A stretch of DNA of 64,000 bases from Octopus vulgaris (lineage: Eukaryota): the NCBI GenBank assembly GCA_951406725.2, contig OX597825.1:35340001-35404000 (forward strand). The letters are read 5' to 3'. The translations under genes and the position numbers were made by a program. Shown piece after piece: positions 38,358 through 53,027 of the stretch. The notes under the pieces are model-generated. The model worked only from the letters and a program-made list of their open reading frames with translations. It was not told the origin of the DNA and did no database searches. How positions within the stretch are numbered: position 1 is the first letter of the stretch; each line of letters begins with the position of its first letter.

Positions 38358-38409
<52 letters not shown>

Positions 38410-38493
38410 GTTATCGTCATTATTATTATCATTATTATTATCATTATTATAAAAGAATTAATTATAATAAAAGAATTAATTATTATTATTATT

Positions 38494-38531
<38 letters not shown>

Positions 38532-38533
<2 letters not shown>

Positions 38534-38695
38534 TACTTCTCAGAGCGCTCGTTCTTCTAGTTGATTCTGTGAGAGCGGACAGCAACCTGTTGCCAGAGGT
38601 CTCGCAGGGTGTCTTTCCGTGCATTATACGCTTTGATGATTGATAATTACCGTGGAAGACATTCAACATCCAAGTACCAATCTCAAAACCCTAGC
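38532..38695 (-). mobile_element. 3'-terminal fragment of another Dong-type LINE
   Basis: The minus strand starts with ARVLRLVLGC* (an ORF-end motif), followed by a structured 3' UTR and a (CAA)n(TAA)n tail. Confidence 0.65.
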
Positions 38696-39011
<316 letters not shown>

Positions 39012-39565
39012 GAGTGAGAGAGCAGTTCATGCCAACAAAGTGACACTGGGGTAAAATATACGAAGCCCAATATACCCATCATGACTACCCGTCTGATAAA
39101 GGTACACCAGGCACATGCATCACAACCATATGTACGCGACATGGTGATCTCATATCAAGATAAACAGCACATGACCTTGCAGGTGGGGCCCAGTTAGAAT
39201 TTTCTTCAGGTTGAGTAACCCATCCCGCTCAAACGGTCCCTGAATAAGGGTTGTTTAAGGATGTTGAAAGAACCACCCATGTTTCTAGAGGTGAACTATT
39301 CAAACCCCAAAGAATCCCTCTCAACACATGGCTATGATGCTCCACCACTACTTCTGCTCGTGATCAGAGATGCACATATCGTCAGCCACTAAGGGACATG
39401 CTCAACTGGTTAAGGTCAAACAACTGACAAGCAAATCTGTGGTATTGAGCAGAATATTTGCTGTAGCCCATCTTTTATACCAAGACAAAACAATGTACAT
39501 GATAACACTTCCAATCAGTTAAGATCAGAAGCCATGAGAGCCACTGCCTGGTACTGCATCAGGGC

Positions 39566-39568
<3 letters not shown>
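39012..39568 (-). mobile_element. ~560-bp non-coding element embedded in (TAA)n; probable non-autonomous retroelement
   Basis: Clean (TTA)n on both sides. Its terminal ~75 bp recur at 44121-44195. No ORF or Pol III boxes recognised. Confidence 0.65.
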
Positions 39569-39619
<51 letters not shown>

Positions 39620-39954
39620 CATTATTATTATTACTATCTTTAGTGTGCAAAGAACAAAGAGTAAAACAGAATAAGGGGTAATAAGGCAGCTACTGCGTGA
39701 TCGCTCAACCTGCTAAGACTAACGACAAAATCACCTTCAAATCAAGCCAAATCAATTAAAGCATAGGAATCCATTGAATAATGTTTTCAAAAAAGACGGA
39801 GTATTCATGGTTCAAATGTCTTTGATAAAAGGCCTATTTAACCCTCCCTACCTCCATGGTTGACTCGAGACTTCAATAGAAAATAGGAGAACTGCTTGAA
39901 TAATGGAGTTTTTGATACACCTTGTCAGAATAAAGTACACGGTTAATATTTCTT

Positions 39955-40538
39955 CCTCAATTTGGCATGAGCCTCGTAATTTTTTGAGGGCAGCTGGATG
40001 TCGATTTCGTCGACCACAGTAGTCAACTAGTACTAATTTTATTAACACCGAAAGGACGAAAGGCAAAGTCGATTGGGCAGCGTTTGAACTCAGAATATAC
40101 AATATAATTAATATTGATTTCAAGTTATGGTACTAGGCCAGCAATTTCGTCGGTGGAGATAAGTCGATTACTTCAACCCCAGTGCTTGGGTTGTATTCGT
40201 TTTCTCGACCGCGAAATGATGACAGGTAATATCGACTTCGGCAGAATTTGAACTAGAAACCTAAAAACGGATGAAGTGCCGCTAAGCCTTTTGCCCGGTG
40301 CGGTAATGATATGATTAATATTGATTTCAAATTTTGGCACAAGGCAAGTAATTTCAAGGGAGAAGTAAGTCGATTACATCGACCTTTAGAGTTCAGCAGG
40401 TACTTATTTTATTGAGCCCCGAAAGGATGAAAGGCAAAGTCGAACTCGGTGGAATTTGAACTCAGAACGCGAAGACGGACGAAATACCGCAAAGCGTCTC
40501 ACCCGGCGTGCTAACAATTCTGCCAGCTCGTCGCTTAC
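39955..40538 (-). mobile_element. Three tandem SINE family B copies
   Basis: Copies at about 39955-40100, 40118-40308 and 40325-40538, separated by ATAT(A/G)(A/G)TTAATATTGA. Confidence 0.88.
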
Positions 40539-40582
40539 GATATGGTTAATATTGAAATGACTTTTGAGTTGATCTATATTAA

Positions 40583-40675
<93 letters not shown>

Positions 40676-40745
40676 ACTACTACTGCTGCTGCTGCTACTA
40701 CTACTACTACTACTACGACGACGACGACGACGACGACAACAACGA
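40583..40745. repeat. (CTA/CTG/CGA)n compound microsatellite
   Basis: Seen directly in the sequence. Confidence 0.95.
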
Positions 40746-41097
40746 TACAAGGAAGTATGGAACCTGGTGCGCGGCGTCAACTTATTGATATTTTATACAA
40801 CCCTACAGTGCTGTTGAAGTGCTGTTGAAGTGTCCGCCTTATTGATACGAAATTGATTACTCACGAGTGCTTGATAAACATCAGGTTTCATAACTGTAAA
40901 TCTTATTTCAACAAGAGCTGCGAAGTCTTTTTTTTTCTTCCTTGGTTTCTTCAATCCAGTTTCCTGTGTAATGTCAAGTCACTGTTACTTTGGTAATATG
41001 TCGTAGGGTAAAATTAGGATCTTACATAACTGGATGATAAATTGATTATATCATTAGACAGATGTGTAGGTGCACACACACACAAACACATACATAC

Positions 41098-41229
<132 letters not shown>

Positions 41230-41296
41230 TGAGAGATATGTGTATATACACGTATATACATATATATTAAAGTATATGTATGTATTTATGCGTATA

Positions 41297-42152
41297 CGTG
41301 GGGCTACCCAAAAGAAACCGGAATTTTGCGATATTTTATTTATATGTTTACACTTTTATCGCCTTCAGAGTATTCTCCATTTGAAGCAATGCATCGGTCC
41401 AGGCGCCTTTTCCACTATTCGAAGCAGTGCTGGAACTCTTGCGAAGTGAAGCCTTTTAACGCCTCCATCGTTATTTTTCTTCACATCTTCTATATCTGTA
41501 AATTCCGTAGCACCAGCTTTCGTCACCAGTGACGGCCTTCGAATAAAGGTCCAGATCAACTTCCAACTGTTATTTCAGTTCACGACACGCATTCAGTCAT
41601 GACTGCTTTTGATATTCCGTGAGCAAGCGCGGCACTGTTTTTTCTGCAACTCTTTTCATTCGCAATTCTTCGATCAAAATTCGTTGGCAGGAGCTCCAGG
41701 ACACACCAGTCATATCAACAAGTTCGTCAATTGTTCGATGACGGTCTTCCAAGATAAGTTCATGAATTGTCATGATGGTTTCATTCGTTCGGGAAGTCGA
41801 CGTTCGTCATGAACGATGTTGGTCTTCAAGCGACAAATGACTATTCCTAAAGCGTAAAAACCACTCGTAAACTTGTGTTTTGCTCATAGCAGCATACTTG
41901 TAAGTTGCTTGAAGCATGACATCTGTTTCAGCCGCCATTTCCTCTAGCAGAATACAGACTTTCACGGAAGCAGGCTGTCTCTTCGCATCAGCTATTGCAA
42001 AAATCGACGAACAAAAACGCACCACGTGGCGGTCCGACTCCACTTGACGCCGCTGTTCGGTAGACTAATGCCTGAGGGTCGCACCAAGTGGCTTCTAGCA
42101 GCGGAAGCCTGAACTACAGAGAACGTTTCCTGTCACTTTTGGGTACTCCTCA
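41297..42152 (-). mobile_element. Internally deleted mariner element
   Basis: TA-flanked TIRs CGTGGGGCTACCCAAAAG / CTTTTGGGTACTCCTCA. N-terminal MLQATY...MSKTQVYEWFLRF..SLED and C-terminal WKRRLDRCIASNGEY. Confidence 0.9.
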
Positions 42153-42774
42153 TATTTTCCTCGAGTTTACAACGACGATTTCATTTGTGTGATTAAAATA
42201 GCCTATATTTTGACATATAATTCTTAGCGGAGATATAAAAAATTTTATTTATTATTTTTGCCGGATATGTCATTTTCCTGAAATGGCCTGCTTGTTTGCT
42301 TTCAATTTTAATCGATCTTGAGAGACTCTTCTGTGAAGTAAAATAAATGTGAATTATGTCGTGTCTTCTGTCATACGTACTATTGTTCTTTTGATATTTA
42401 TTTCCGATAAGAATTTGTTGTTGCTGTTGTTCATATTTTGGATTTTATTGTAGCTGTCTCTAACGACGAGCGAATTTTGTGTCAGATTTTTTGTTATATT
42501 TGTTACAGAAAATTTAAAATCCTCTCATCTTAATTGCTTAAGGATAACCATAACACACTTCTTGATTGTAAGCAATAAAAAGAACAAACGCAAACAAGGA
42601 AAATAATCCCTCGAAATGCTCTCGTAACAAAAATAAAAGACTGTAAAGATAAAAGCGAAAACAAAAAGAAAATACGACTCAGAAAATATTATGCATGCAT
42701 CCATCTATCCAACCGTACATACATACATGCATACATACATACATACATACATACATACATACATACATACATAC

Positions 42775-43010
42775 GTCTGTGTTTGTCCACCCAACGTCGC
42801 TTGACAACCGATGCTTATGTGTTTACGTCCCCTTAGCGGTTCGGCAAAAGCGACCGATAGAATAAGTACTAGGCTTACAAAGAATAAGTCTTGGTGTCGA
42901 TTTGCTCTCCTCCATCTTTTTTTCTTCACCTCTTCAGCATCTGCAAATTCCGTAGCACCAGCTTTCGTCACCAGTGATGGCCTTCGAATAAAGGTCCAGA
43001 TCAACTTCCA
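42775..43010. mobile_element. SINE A tail (+) fused to a ~105-bp piece of the 41297-42152 mariner
   Basis: 42908-43010 matches 41463-41566, including GTAGCACCAGCTTTCGTCACCAGTGA..GCCTTCGAATAAAGGTCCAGATCAACTTCCAA. Confidence 0.85.
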
Positions 43011-43033
43011 ATAATAATAATAATAATAATAAT

Positions 43034-43079
<46 letters not shown>

Positions 43080-43081
<2 letters not shown>

Positions 43082-44196
43082 GACTACAAAAAAATATTTA
43101 TCTCAACTGCGGCATTTTCCAAGGTGGCCCACTTTCACCTTTAATTTTCTGCATAGCCTTAATACTTCTTACAAGTAAACTCAACAGAACAAGGTATGGA
43201 TAGAAAATTGGAGACAAGAAAATTTGTCATCTATTTTATATGGATGACTTAAAACTCTATGGTAGAGATAGCAATGGGCTTGAAGGCTACTACGTACTGT
43301 GAAATCATTCAGTGATGACATTGGGATGGAATTTGGTCTTGATAAATGTGCCAAGGCGACTTTCCAGAATGTGGTGTTGGATGTTGACACAATCATAAAA
43401 GAACTCAAGCAGGAACAAACAAATACTTCGGAATAAGTGAGGGCTTTGGCATTCAACATGCAAGTACGAAAGAGAAGATCAGGAAGGAGTGTTACAGGAG
43501 AGTTCGAGCAGTCCTAAAATACAAGTTAAATGCTCGTAACAAGGTGTTAGCAATACACTCCTTAGCCGTTCCTGTTGTTATTTACAGTTTCAATGAGTTA
43601 AATTGGAATATGAATTAAATAAGGAAGATTGGCAGGAAAATCCGTAAGCTACTGACTTGCAATAAGATGCACCGCCCAAAGGCAGACGCAGATCGTCTTT
43701 ACCTACTCAGAGCTCAAAGAGTTCGAGGCTTGATCCTATTTGAAATCTCCAACAAAACCATCACAATTGGATTGGCAAAATATCTTGAAACATCTAACGA
43801 CTGGATGCATGCTCATTGAAAACCATGAAAGACATGTTATGAAGGAGGGCAAAAAAATCTTTCATGTATGTTTATGCATAATACCCACGTTGAAAAGCAT
43901 GATAGAAGTGCAGCAACTGTAGTTCCAAAGAAGGTTAAATTAATAGCAAAGCAAAATGCATTTGAACAATTGGCTGATAGGTGGGAACGAAAACCTCTGC
44001 ATGGCAAATGTGTGGCCCGTGGCAAACAAGCTGATGAAGACCAGAAGCACACCCATCAGTGGCTAGAGAGCTCATGGCTAAAGTTAGAGAGTGAAGGCTT
44101 TATCTTGGCTCCCCAAGATAATGATGGGTATACTGGGCTTCGTATATTTGTACTCCGGAGTCACCTTGATGGCATGCGCTGTTTCCACACTTCATA

Positions 44197-44233
<37 letters not shown>

Positions 44234-44860
44234 GGATGAGGATGATGATGATGATGAGGAGGAGGAGGAGGAGAAGGACCTGGAATTATCAAGCCAATGT
44301 GATGAAAATGGTGTAGACCCAAATTGACGATACTGCAACAATGGAATACGACCATCTCTGGATGTAAGGTTTTAGCACCTGTAGAATACAAATCAAGATA
44401 TGACAGAGTTGACCAATATCTACATTGAGTAACATGTCGGCATTATAAAATCAAAACTGCTAACAAATGGTACAAGCACCACCGTGAGGCTGTAACTGAG
44501 GGATAAAATGTAACTATTCATTGGGATTTCCCAGAATGTACAGACCGGACCATCGAGGCAAATAAACCAGATATTGTTGTGAAAAACAAAAGCAATAAAG
44601 TCTGTTTGTTGATTGACATGAGCATACTCTCTGACCATAATATCTTTGCAAAAAAAAATTTGATAAGCTAATCGAAAAAGGAAAGATGTGGCAACTCAAG
44701 ACGGTTATAATACCAGTGATTGTAGGAGCACTTGGAATGGTCAAAAGAGAAACTGAAAATTATTTATGAATGATCCCTGGCTTACTGTCCATGCAGGAAG
44801 TGCAAAAGATTGTCTTAACTGGTGCGTCATACATATTGATTACAACATTGTCACTGTAAA
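43080..44860 (+). mobile_element. 5'-truncated R4/Dong-type LINE with a nested insertion
   Basis: Preceded by (TAA)n. GIFQGGPLSP, FYMDDLKLY, WERKPLHGK, ESEGFILAPQD, ANKPDIVV, VIVGALG, QKIVLTG. Confidence 0.9.
44121..44275 (+). mobile_element. Nested 3' end of the 39012-39568 element plus a (TGA)n(GGA)n tail
   Basis: ATGATGGGTATACTGGGCTTCGTATATTT matches the reverse complement of about 39053-39081 and interrupts the LINE between APQD and TWNYQ. Confidence 0.8.
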
Positions 44861-45299
44861 TTTTCTTTCCTTTTCTCCCTTTTATTTTATTTGTTTATTT
44901 TTCCATTTTTGATTTTTTTTTTCCTTTTTCTCTCTGTCTTCTCCTTTTTCTCTATCACAGTATAAATGTATGAATTTCTATGTGCATGTTCCATGCAAAA
45001 AACTAAACATTTTATTCATCCAGCTGAAAAAAGTCTTTTGAGGAGAAACATATCTTTTGAAGCTGAAATTAATCAATCTGAATTAGAACTGAGATAGGAT
45101 GGAGTAGGATTAATTCTGTAACAGAGCCACGCTAATGTTAGTTGCACTGGAATCTACTGCCAGCAACTCTAGTGTTGGTAACTATAAAACTACCGAAAGT
45201 TTGAAATTTCAAACTAAACCATTGCCAATTTTCGAAATAAACCGTTGGAAGTTATTTTTTTTTTAGGTGCCTTGACTGAAATTTCGGAAGTGTACTTGC

Positions 45300-45570
45300 C
45301 TGGCAATTAATGCGATCTGTGACCGTGTGTTAAAGTAAACCAATTGCTGCGTGGAAGATACACATTAGCCATTCAGAAACTCATAAAAAACTGTTAGCTG
45401 TGTTTAAAAATTCATTATTTGGTGTCGAGTCAATGACCGGATTGCAAATTGTTGCGACTCAAACTTTGACACCAAATAATAAATATTTAACTGAAGTCAA
45501 CAGTTTTTATCTTTTTAAATTGCTAATATGTCTTCTGCGCTGTAATTGTTTAAATTACAATCATTGCCAG
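45300..45570. mobile_element. Old foldback/MITE-like inverted repeat
   Basis: ATTATTTGGTGTC / GACACCAAATAAT, AAAAACTGTT / AACAGTTTTT and ATTAGC / GCTAAT occur in nested symmetric order. Confidence 0.7.
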
Positions 45571-46089
45571 ATTTAGATGAAGAGAGGTTCAAGTCTATTC
45601 CACTTTTGAAGCCATTCCCAACATGCCTTCTACACTAAGAAATATTATACAAATTAACCGGAAGCCACCTTGATTTTGAAGCCCAAATCTTAAACCCGTT
45701 GAGCTTATAGGTAAATATGGCACTGACTGAAAAGTTTATATTTTACTGTGTATATTCCTAACATAATCTGTCTTTCATTCTTATCGCCGTAGAAATATTT
45801 TTTTATGATAAAAAGGCTACGGGGTGGAGAGGGGCGGATTTACTGGCATTCCAGGCTGACTTAAAAACAAATAAGATAGATGTAAATTGGGCAATTATAC
45901 AAAAAAATATGATATAATGTAATTTATTATATACACTTTTCATACGTCAATTTAATTCGCATCTCAAATTTATGGATGTGTTATCTCGCTCAGTTTTCAT
46001 TGGTTAATAGATGTAGCTTGGACGGCCTACATCGAGACTTCAAAGTGTCTGTGAAGGTGATATCAGCAAGTATTTGCAAACTGGTATCA

Positions 46090-46161
<72 letters not shown>

Positions 46162-46167
46162 CACACG

Positions 46168-46195
<28 letters not shown>

Positions 46196-46198
<3 letters not shown>

Positions 46199-46333
46199 TA
46201 TCGTAGCTAAAATGTATGCCGTCCGGGGCGACCTTCCGTTTGCCGCCCCTGGACCCCACAAGAAACATATTGCCTACAGCCTACAGCAGACCCCCCGGGA
46301 CGGACCGCCCAACCGCTCTCCTAGCTTCGCTAG

Positions 46334-46335
<2 letters not shown>
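46196..46335. mobile_element. 140-bp hAT-type MITE inserted in (CA)n
   Basis: TIRs CACTATCGTAGCTA / TAGCTTCGCTAGTG (12/14), 8-bp flanks CACACGCA / CACACACA, and GC-rich subterminal motifs. Confidence 0.75.
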
Positions 46336-46371
<36 letters not shown>

Positions 46372-46745
46372 CCCCTTTATCCCTTTACTAGTTTCAATCA
46401 TTGGATTCTGGTCATGCTGGAGCACCATACTTCACTAGTTCTCAAGAGCTTAAACTTTCCTGCCAAGGCACAATTCAAGAGGTTTTGAACTGGAACTTCA
46501 TTCGATGCTTCGTAAGATAATCTAAATCCGTGAGCAACACTTGTTTTATTCTCAAGGGGTAAAAATGCCCAATCTTTTTCTGCTGTTTTCACAGCTGTAT
46601 TGCATTCGAAATTTCCTTTCACCTCTCTAAAATATAAACATAATTATAAATATACGCCTTGAAGAGTTTTAGTCGAACAAAAACAGACACAAAAAAAACA
46701 CATGCATGTACATATACACATACATAAATACATACGTACAAACAG

Positions 46746-46824
<79 letters not shown>

Positions 46825-46884
46825 CATACATATATTTCCTTATTATCTACAGAGGGCTAAACATAGAGGTGACAAACAAAGGGT

Positions 46885-46963
<79 letters not shown>

Positions 46964-46974
46964 CATGTATATAT

Positions 46975-47138
46975 AGGACGTACTGCTTTCAGTTTCCGTC
47001 TGCCAAATCCACTCGCAAGGCTTCTGGCGGCCCGAGGCTATTGTAGAATACACTTGCCCAAAGTGCCATGCATTGAGACTGAATCTGGAACCATGTGGTT
47101 GGGAGCAAGCTTCTTACCACACTACCACGCCTACACCT
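46975..47138 (-). mobile_element. SINE family A head half
   Basis: TTTCAGTTTCCGTCTGCCAAATCCACTC...CACTTGCCCAA...CTTCTTACCAC. A tail remnant lies at 46385-46428. Confidence 0.8.
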
Positions 47139-47159
47139 ATATGTATGTATGTATGTATT

Positions 47160-47194
<35 letters not shown>

Positions 47195-47323
47195 ATGTAT
47201 GTATGTATGTATGTATGTATGTATGTATGTGTGTGTGTATGTATGTATGTATGTGTGTGTGTGTATGTATGTATGTATGTTTGTGTGTCTGTGTATGTAT
47301 GTATGTATGTATGTATGTATGTA

Positions 47324-47356
<33 letters not shown>

Positions 47357-48719
47357 TGCAGCATACATCAGAAGATTTCTTTTTAATTATTTAAATTTTG
47401 GAAAGCCTTATTACATTTGGTCTAATATAAATTCTCACAAGTTTAAGGTAAAATTTATTGCAGGGGCACTCAGTAATTGAGTGGACCCGAGTTGATAGCA
47501 TTTTAACTTTCGCTTGATGACTTTTTAAATATAATCCTGTTGAATTGATGAATAAGCCATGAGGCGAAATTTAAAGTCCTGGTTACAATGAATTGGTAGA
47601 TAGATATATAAGTAAGGCTCACTACACAACAGGAGTTCTTCGTTTAACTTGCATTTCAGAGAGTTTGTTAACAGATATGTGATCCCTCCGGTATTATGGA
47701 GGTCAAAATTTCCCCCTCGATGACAACCAAATATTTTACAAATAAAGGGAAGATTCGGGACATTTGTGACAATGTTCCGGTTTTGCTTACCAAGACCTTG
47801 TCAGAGGGCAGAACTCAATATTTACCGAGTAAGATGTAAGACGTTATGCGTGAGAGCAAATTAGGGATGTATTCAGTTGGAGAACTGACAGGTTAAAGAA
47901 TGTGATGAGCAAGAGAACGCTACGTGTAGCATGTTCACAACTTATGGATGTATTGAAATGATTGGATTTGCAGATTTTATCCAATTGTTACGTAGTTACA
48001 CAACTGCGGCGTTTGCAAGTAAACGCAAATGTTTTTTTTTTATTTTTGTATAGTTCATAGTCAATTCTGATTGCAAATCTATTGTCAAACTCTGCGTGGA
48101 AAAAGATAAGAATGAATAGTGCAAGGATTGCGCGAGAGAAAGTTGTTAGTGAGTATGCACGCGCGCGAAAACTAAATCTTTGACTTCCATGATGACGGAA
48201 GCAAACCTTCTATAAGCGACAGAAGGAAAACAACATTTTTTTTTGTTTGTTTTACAAGTATTGCGCATATATACTTGTGTTGAATTCGAACCAGGTTGCT
48301 GAAATTAGACCTGAATGGGTTTACCTAGATTAAACTTTATCTCACCTAAGATGGTGGCTAAACCAGTATATTTTAAGTGAAAATTCCGAGAACAATAGAA
48401 TCAAACGTGAAGTCCGGGGTTTCGATCCCTAGGTAATCATCCTTAGTGTGTTTCTTACACTTCTTTCAGAGTAGTCGAACAAATAGAGAAGTCATTTTCA
48501 GTTCGAAGATGTCACCTGAATATTTGCAACAGTGTGTACATCATCCAAGACCCAGTTGTTGAAGTTGTTGCTGTAGTTGTTTGTTTGTTTGTTGTTGTTG
48601 ATGATGTTATTGAAAGCGGGTGATATGAAACTATTTTGGTCTAAAAATTAAACCATTTCATCACTTCGATTTACTGGGAGATCGATTTATTTAGATTCAC
48701 GACGAAGTAATGGCCACTA

Positions 48720-49455
48720 CAAAATATTTTCTCATCCAATATAGACAAAACCTAAAAGTTAAAGAAAGAGCAGAAAAGCATTGGAATGAAAAAATGTACG
48801 TTGAGTTTGCAAGAGATGTGAACGCCAAGACAGATACAGAGGACCGGTGGTTATGGATGAGGAAGAGTGACCAGAAGCACTCATATGCGCAGCTCAGGAA
48901 CAAACGATAAGGACCGACTATATGAAGAGCAGAATAGACAACACTTCCGATAGCAACAAATGCAGAATGTAAGGTGAGAGGGGTGAAACGGTATGGCACA
49001 TCGTTAGCGAATGCTCGAAATTGGCATAAGGCGAATACAAAAGACGCCATAACTATGTTGCAAGAATGATCCATTGGGAGCTCTGTGAAAATCACGGTCT
49101 ACAAAAAGAAAGATGTGGTATGAACAAATCCCAGGATGGGTTACCGAAAATGAGAACTGCAAAATCCTGTAGGATATAATGATCCAGTGCGATCCCTCGA
49201 CCAGACATAGGAAACTGGACATTGTTGTGGTGAATAAAAGAGAAAGACCATGTATGATAATCAACATAGCATGTCCCGGTGACAACAGGATCAATGTGAA
49301 AGAAGTAGAAAAAATATACAACTTCGACGATTTAAAGTGGCAAATACGAAAGTTGTGGTCAATGAAGAGAGTAGACGTGATACCAATAATACTTGGTGCA
49401 CTTGGAAGCATCAGCACTCAACTACTAGCATGGCTGAATAACATCAAAAAGGTAA
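48720..49455 (+). mobile_element. Dong-type LINE fragment (zinc knuckle + RLE)
   Basis: RWLWMRKSD, ETVWHIVSECSKLA, YKRRHN, RKLDIVVV, INIACPGD, IPIILGALG. Confidence 0.88.
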
Positions 49456-49464
49456 TTCGGTAGA

Positions 49465-51030
<1,566 letters not shown>

Positions 51031-51039
51031 TATAAAAAT

Positions 51040-52800
51040 AAGAAGAACTGCATCGAATATTGAGAGATTGCTTGGAAAAAGTATGGCGAATTAGAGGACG
51101 GACCTGAGAACATACGGAAGAAGTTTAGGGACAGTACAAATTAGGAGGGGTATCCTCCAAGCGGACTGCCTGTCCCCACTAATCTTTGTACTGTGCTTGA
51201 TACCACTAACACTGATTCTGAAGAAAGCAAAAGCTGGGTATGTATTCAAAATCCGCCAATAAAAAGTCAACCATTTGTTATTCATGGATGACCTCAAACT
51301 TTATGATAAAGATGAAGCCCATGTCAGTTCCCTCGTTGATACGGTGTATAGCTTCAGTGCTGATATCAGAAAGGAGTTCGGACTGAGAAAGTGTGGTGTG
51401 TTAGTATTGAAGAGAGGCAAAATCAAATTTATGGATGGGCTAACGATACCGTCGGGAGAGGTTATGAAGTAGATAGAAGAGACGGGCTATAGGTACTTGG
51501 AGATTTTGGAAATGGATAAATTGATGGAGAAAGAAATTTAAGCTGGAGTACTTGCGCAGACTGAGACTGATCCTTATCTCAAAATTAAACGGACAGAATA
51601 AGATCGAAGCAATCAACGCCTGGGCGGTTTCACACCGTAGATATGGAGCAGGGGTAATCGCATGGACAGTAGACGAACTAAACAGTTTAGACAGAAAGAC
51701 AAGGAAGTTGATAAGTAGATATGGGTCACTCCACCCAAAAAGTGAAACAGACAGACTGTATGTACCAAGAAAAAGAGGGGGAAGAGGACTTATTGGATGA
51801 GAATGCAGCATTAGAGCAGAAGAAAACAACATAGCATGGTATGTAAAAAACGCCACAGAACCGCCATTATTAGAAGTAAGAAGGTCAGGTTTGTGTAGGA
51901 TGAAAAATTGTAAAGATAAAGCACTATATACAAGAAATTGAAAACGAATGAAACTGAAAGTAGGTGGGTAAAGAAAAGAATGCATGGTCAATTTCATTGG
52001 GATGTTGAAGCCAAGATAGTCAGAGAAAAAAGATGGCTGTGGGTGACTATAAGTGATTTAAAACCGGAAACGGAGGCTCTAATCTGTACTGCCCAAGAGT
52101 AAGCACTAAGAACAAACTCCATAAAGTACAGAATAGACAAAACAGCAGAAAGTGATAAGTGCAGAATCTGTGGACAAAGCGGTGAAATCGTATTGCATAT
52201 TACCAGCCAATGTACGCCACTAGCCCCAAAGGAATATAAGAGACGTCACGACAATATAGCCAGGCTTATCCTTTGGATACTTTTTAACAAGTATGGATTT
52301 GACAGAGCAAAAAATTGGTACGACGACAAACCTGAAGGCATCGTCGAAAATAGAAATGTAAAGATCCTATGGGATTTTATAATTCAGTGCGACCATGAGA
52401 CAGAGAATAGGAAACCGGACATAGTCTTAATTGAGAAAGAAAAACTATGCTGGATCATAGATGTAGCATGCCTAACTGACCACAAGGTATGCGATAAGGA
52501 AGAAAGAAAAGTCGAGAGATATGACAGGTTAGCTTGGGAAGTTAAGTAGCTGTGGTCGATGAAAAAGGTAGCAATGGTACCAATAATTGTCGGAGCCCTG
52601 GGAACAGTGAACAAAAATCTCGAAAAGTACATGGAACAAATAGGGGTTGCAATAAGGGTGAAGAACTTGCAGAAAAAAGCACTGCTTGGAACCGCTCGAA
52701 TACTCCGGAATGTGCTCGAAAAATAAGAGGTGTTACATTAGTTCATTGGTAGTGAACAACTGACACTGTAGTACATCATCATTAGAAGCTGTGCAAAGGC
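51040..52800 (+). mobile_element. 5'-truncated R4/Dong-type LINE
   Basis: IRRGILQADCLSP, LFMDDLKLY, LYVPRKRGGRGL, CRICG, YKRRHDNIA, ILWDF, RKPDIVL, IDVAC, LLGTARILRNVL, and a (TAA) tail. Confidence 0.93.
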
Positions 52801-52855
52801 AATAATAATGATGATGATAATAAAAGGCAATAATAATAATAATAATAATAATAAT

Positions 52856-53027
52856 GGTTTCAAATTTTGGCAGAATGCCAGCAATTTCGAGGGAGGGGTA
52901 ACTGGATTACATCGACCTCAGTGCTCAGTTGGTTCTTATTTTATCGATCTCGAAAGGTTGAAAAGAATAGTCAATCTTATCGGAATTTGAACTCAGAACA
53001 TAAAACCGGAAGAAATGCCACTAAGCA
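52856..53027 (-). mobile_element. SINE family B
   Basis: Family B core; followed by a GAC/GAT triplet field to 53250. Confidence 0.8.

Noticed and set aside
39505-39535. U2 snRNA-like ATCAGTTAAGATC, or an HDV-like ribozyme at the end of the 560-bp element
   Set aside because: The similarity is too short, and I could not build the nested double pseudoknot.
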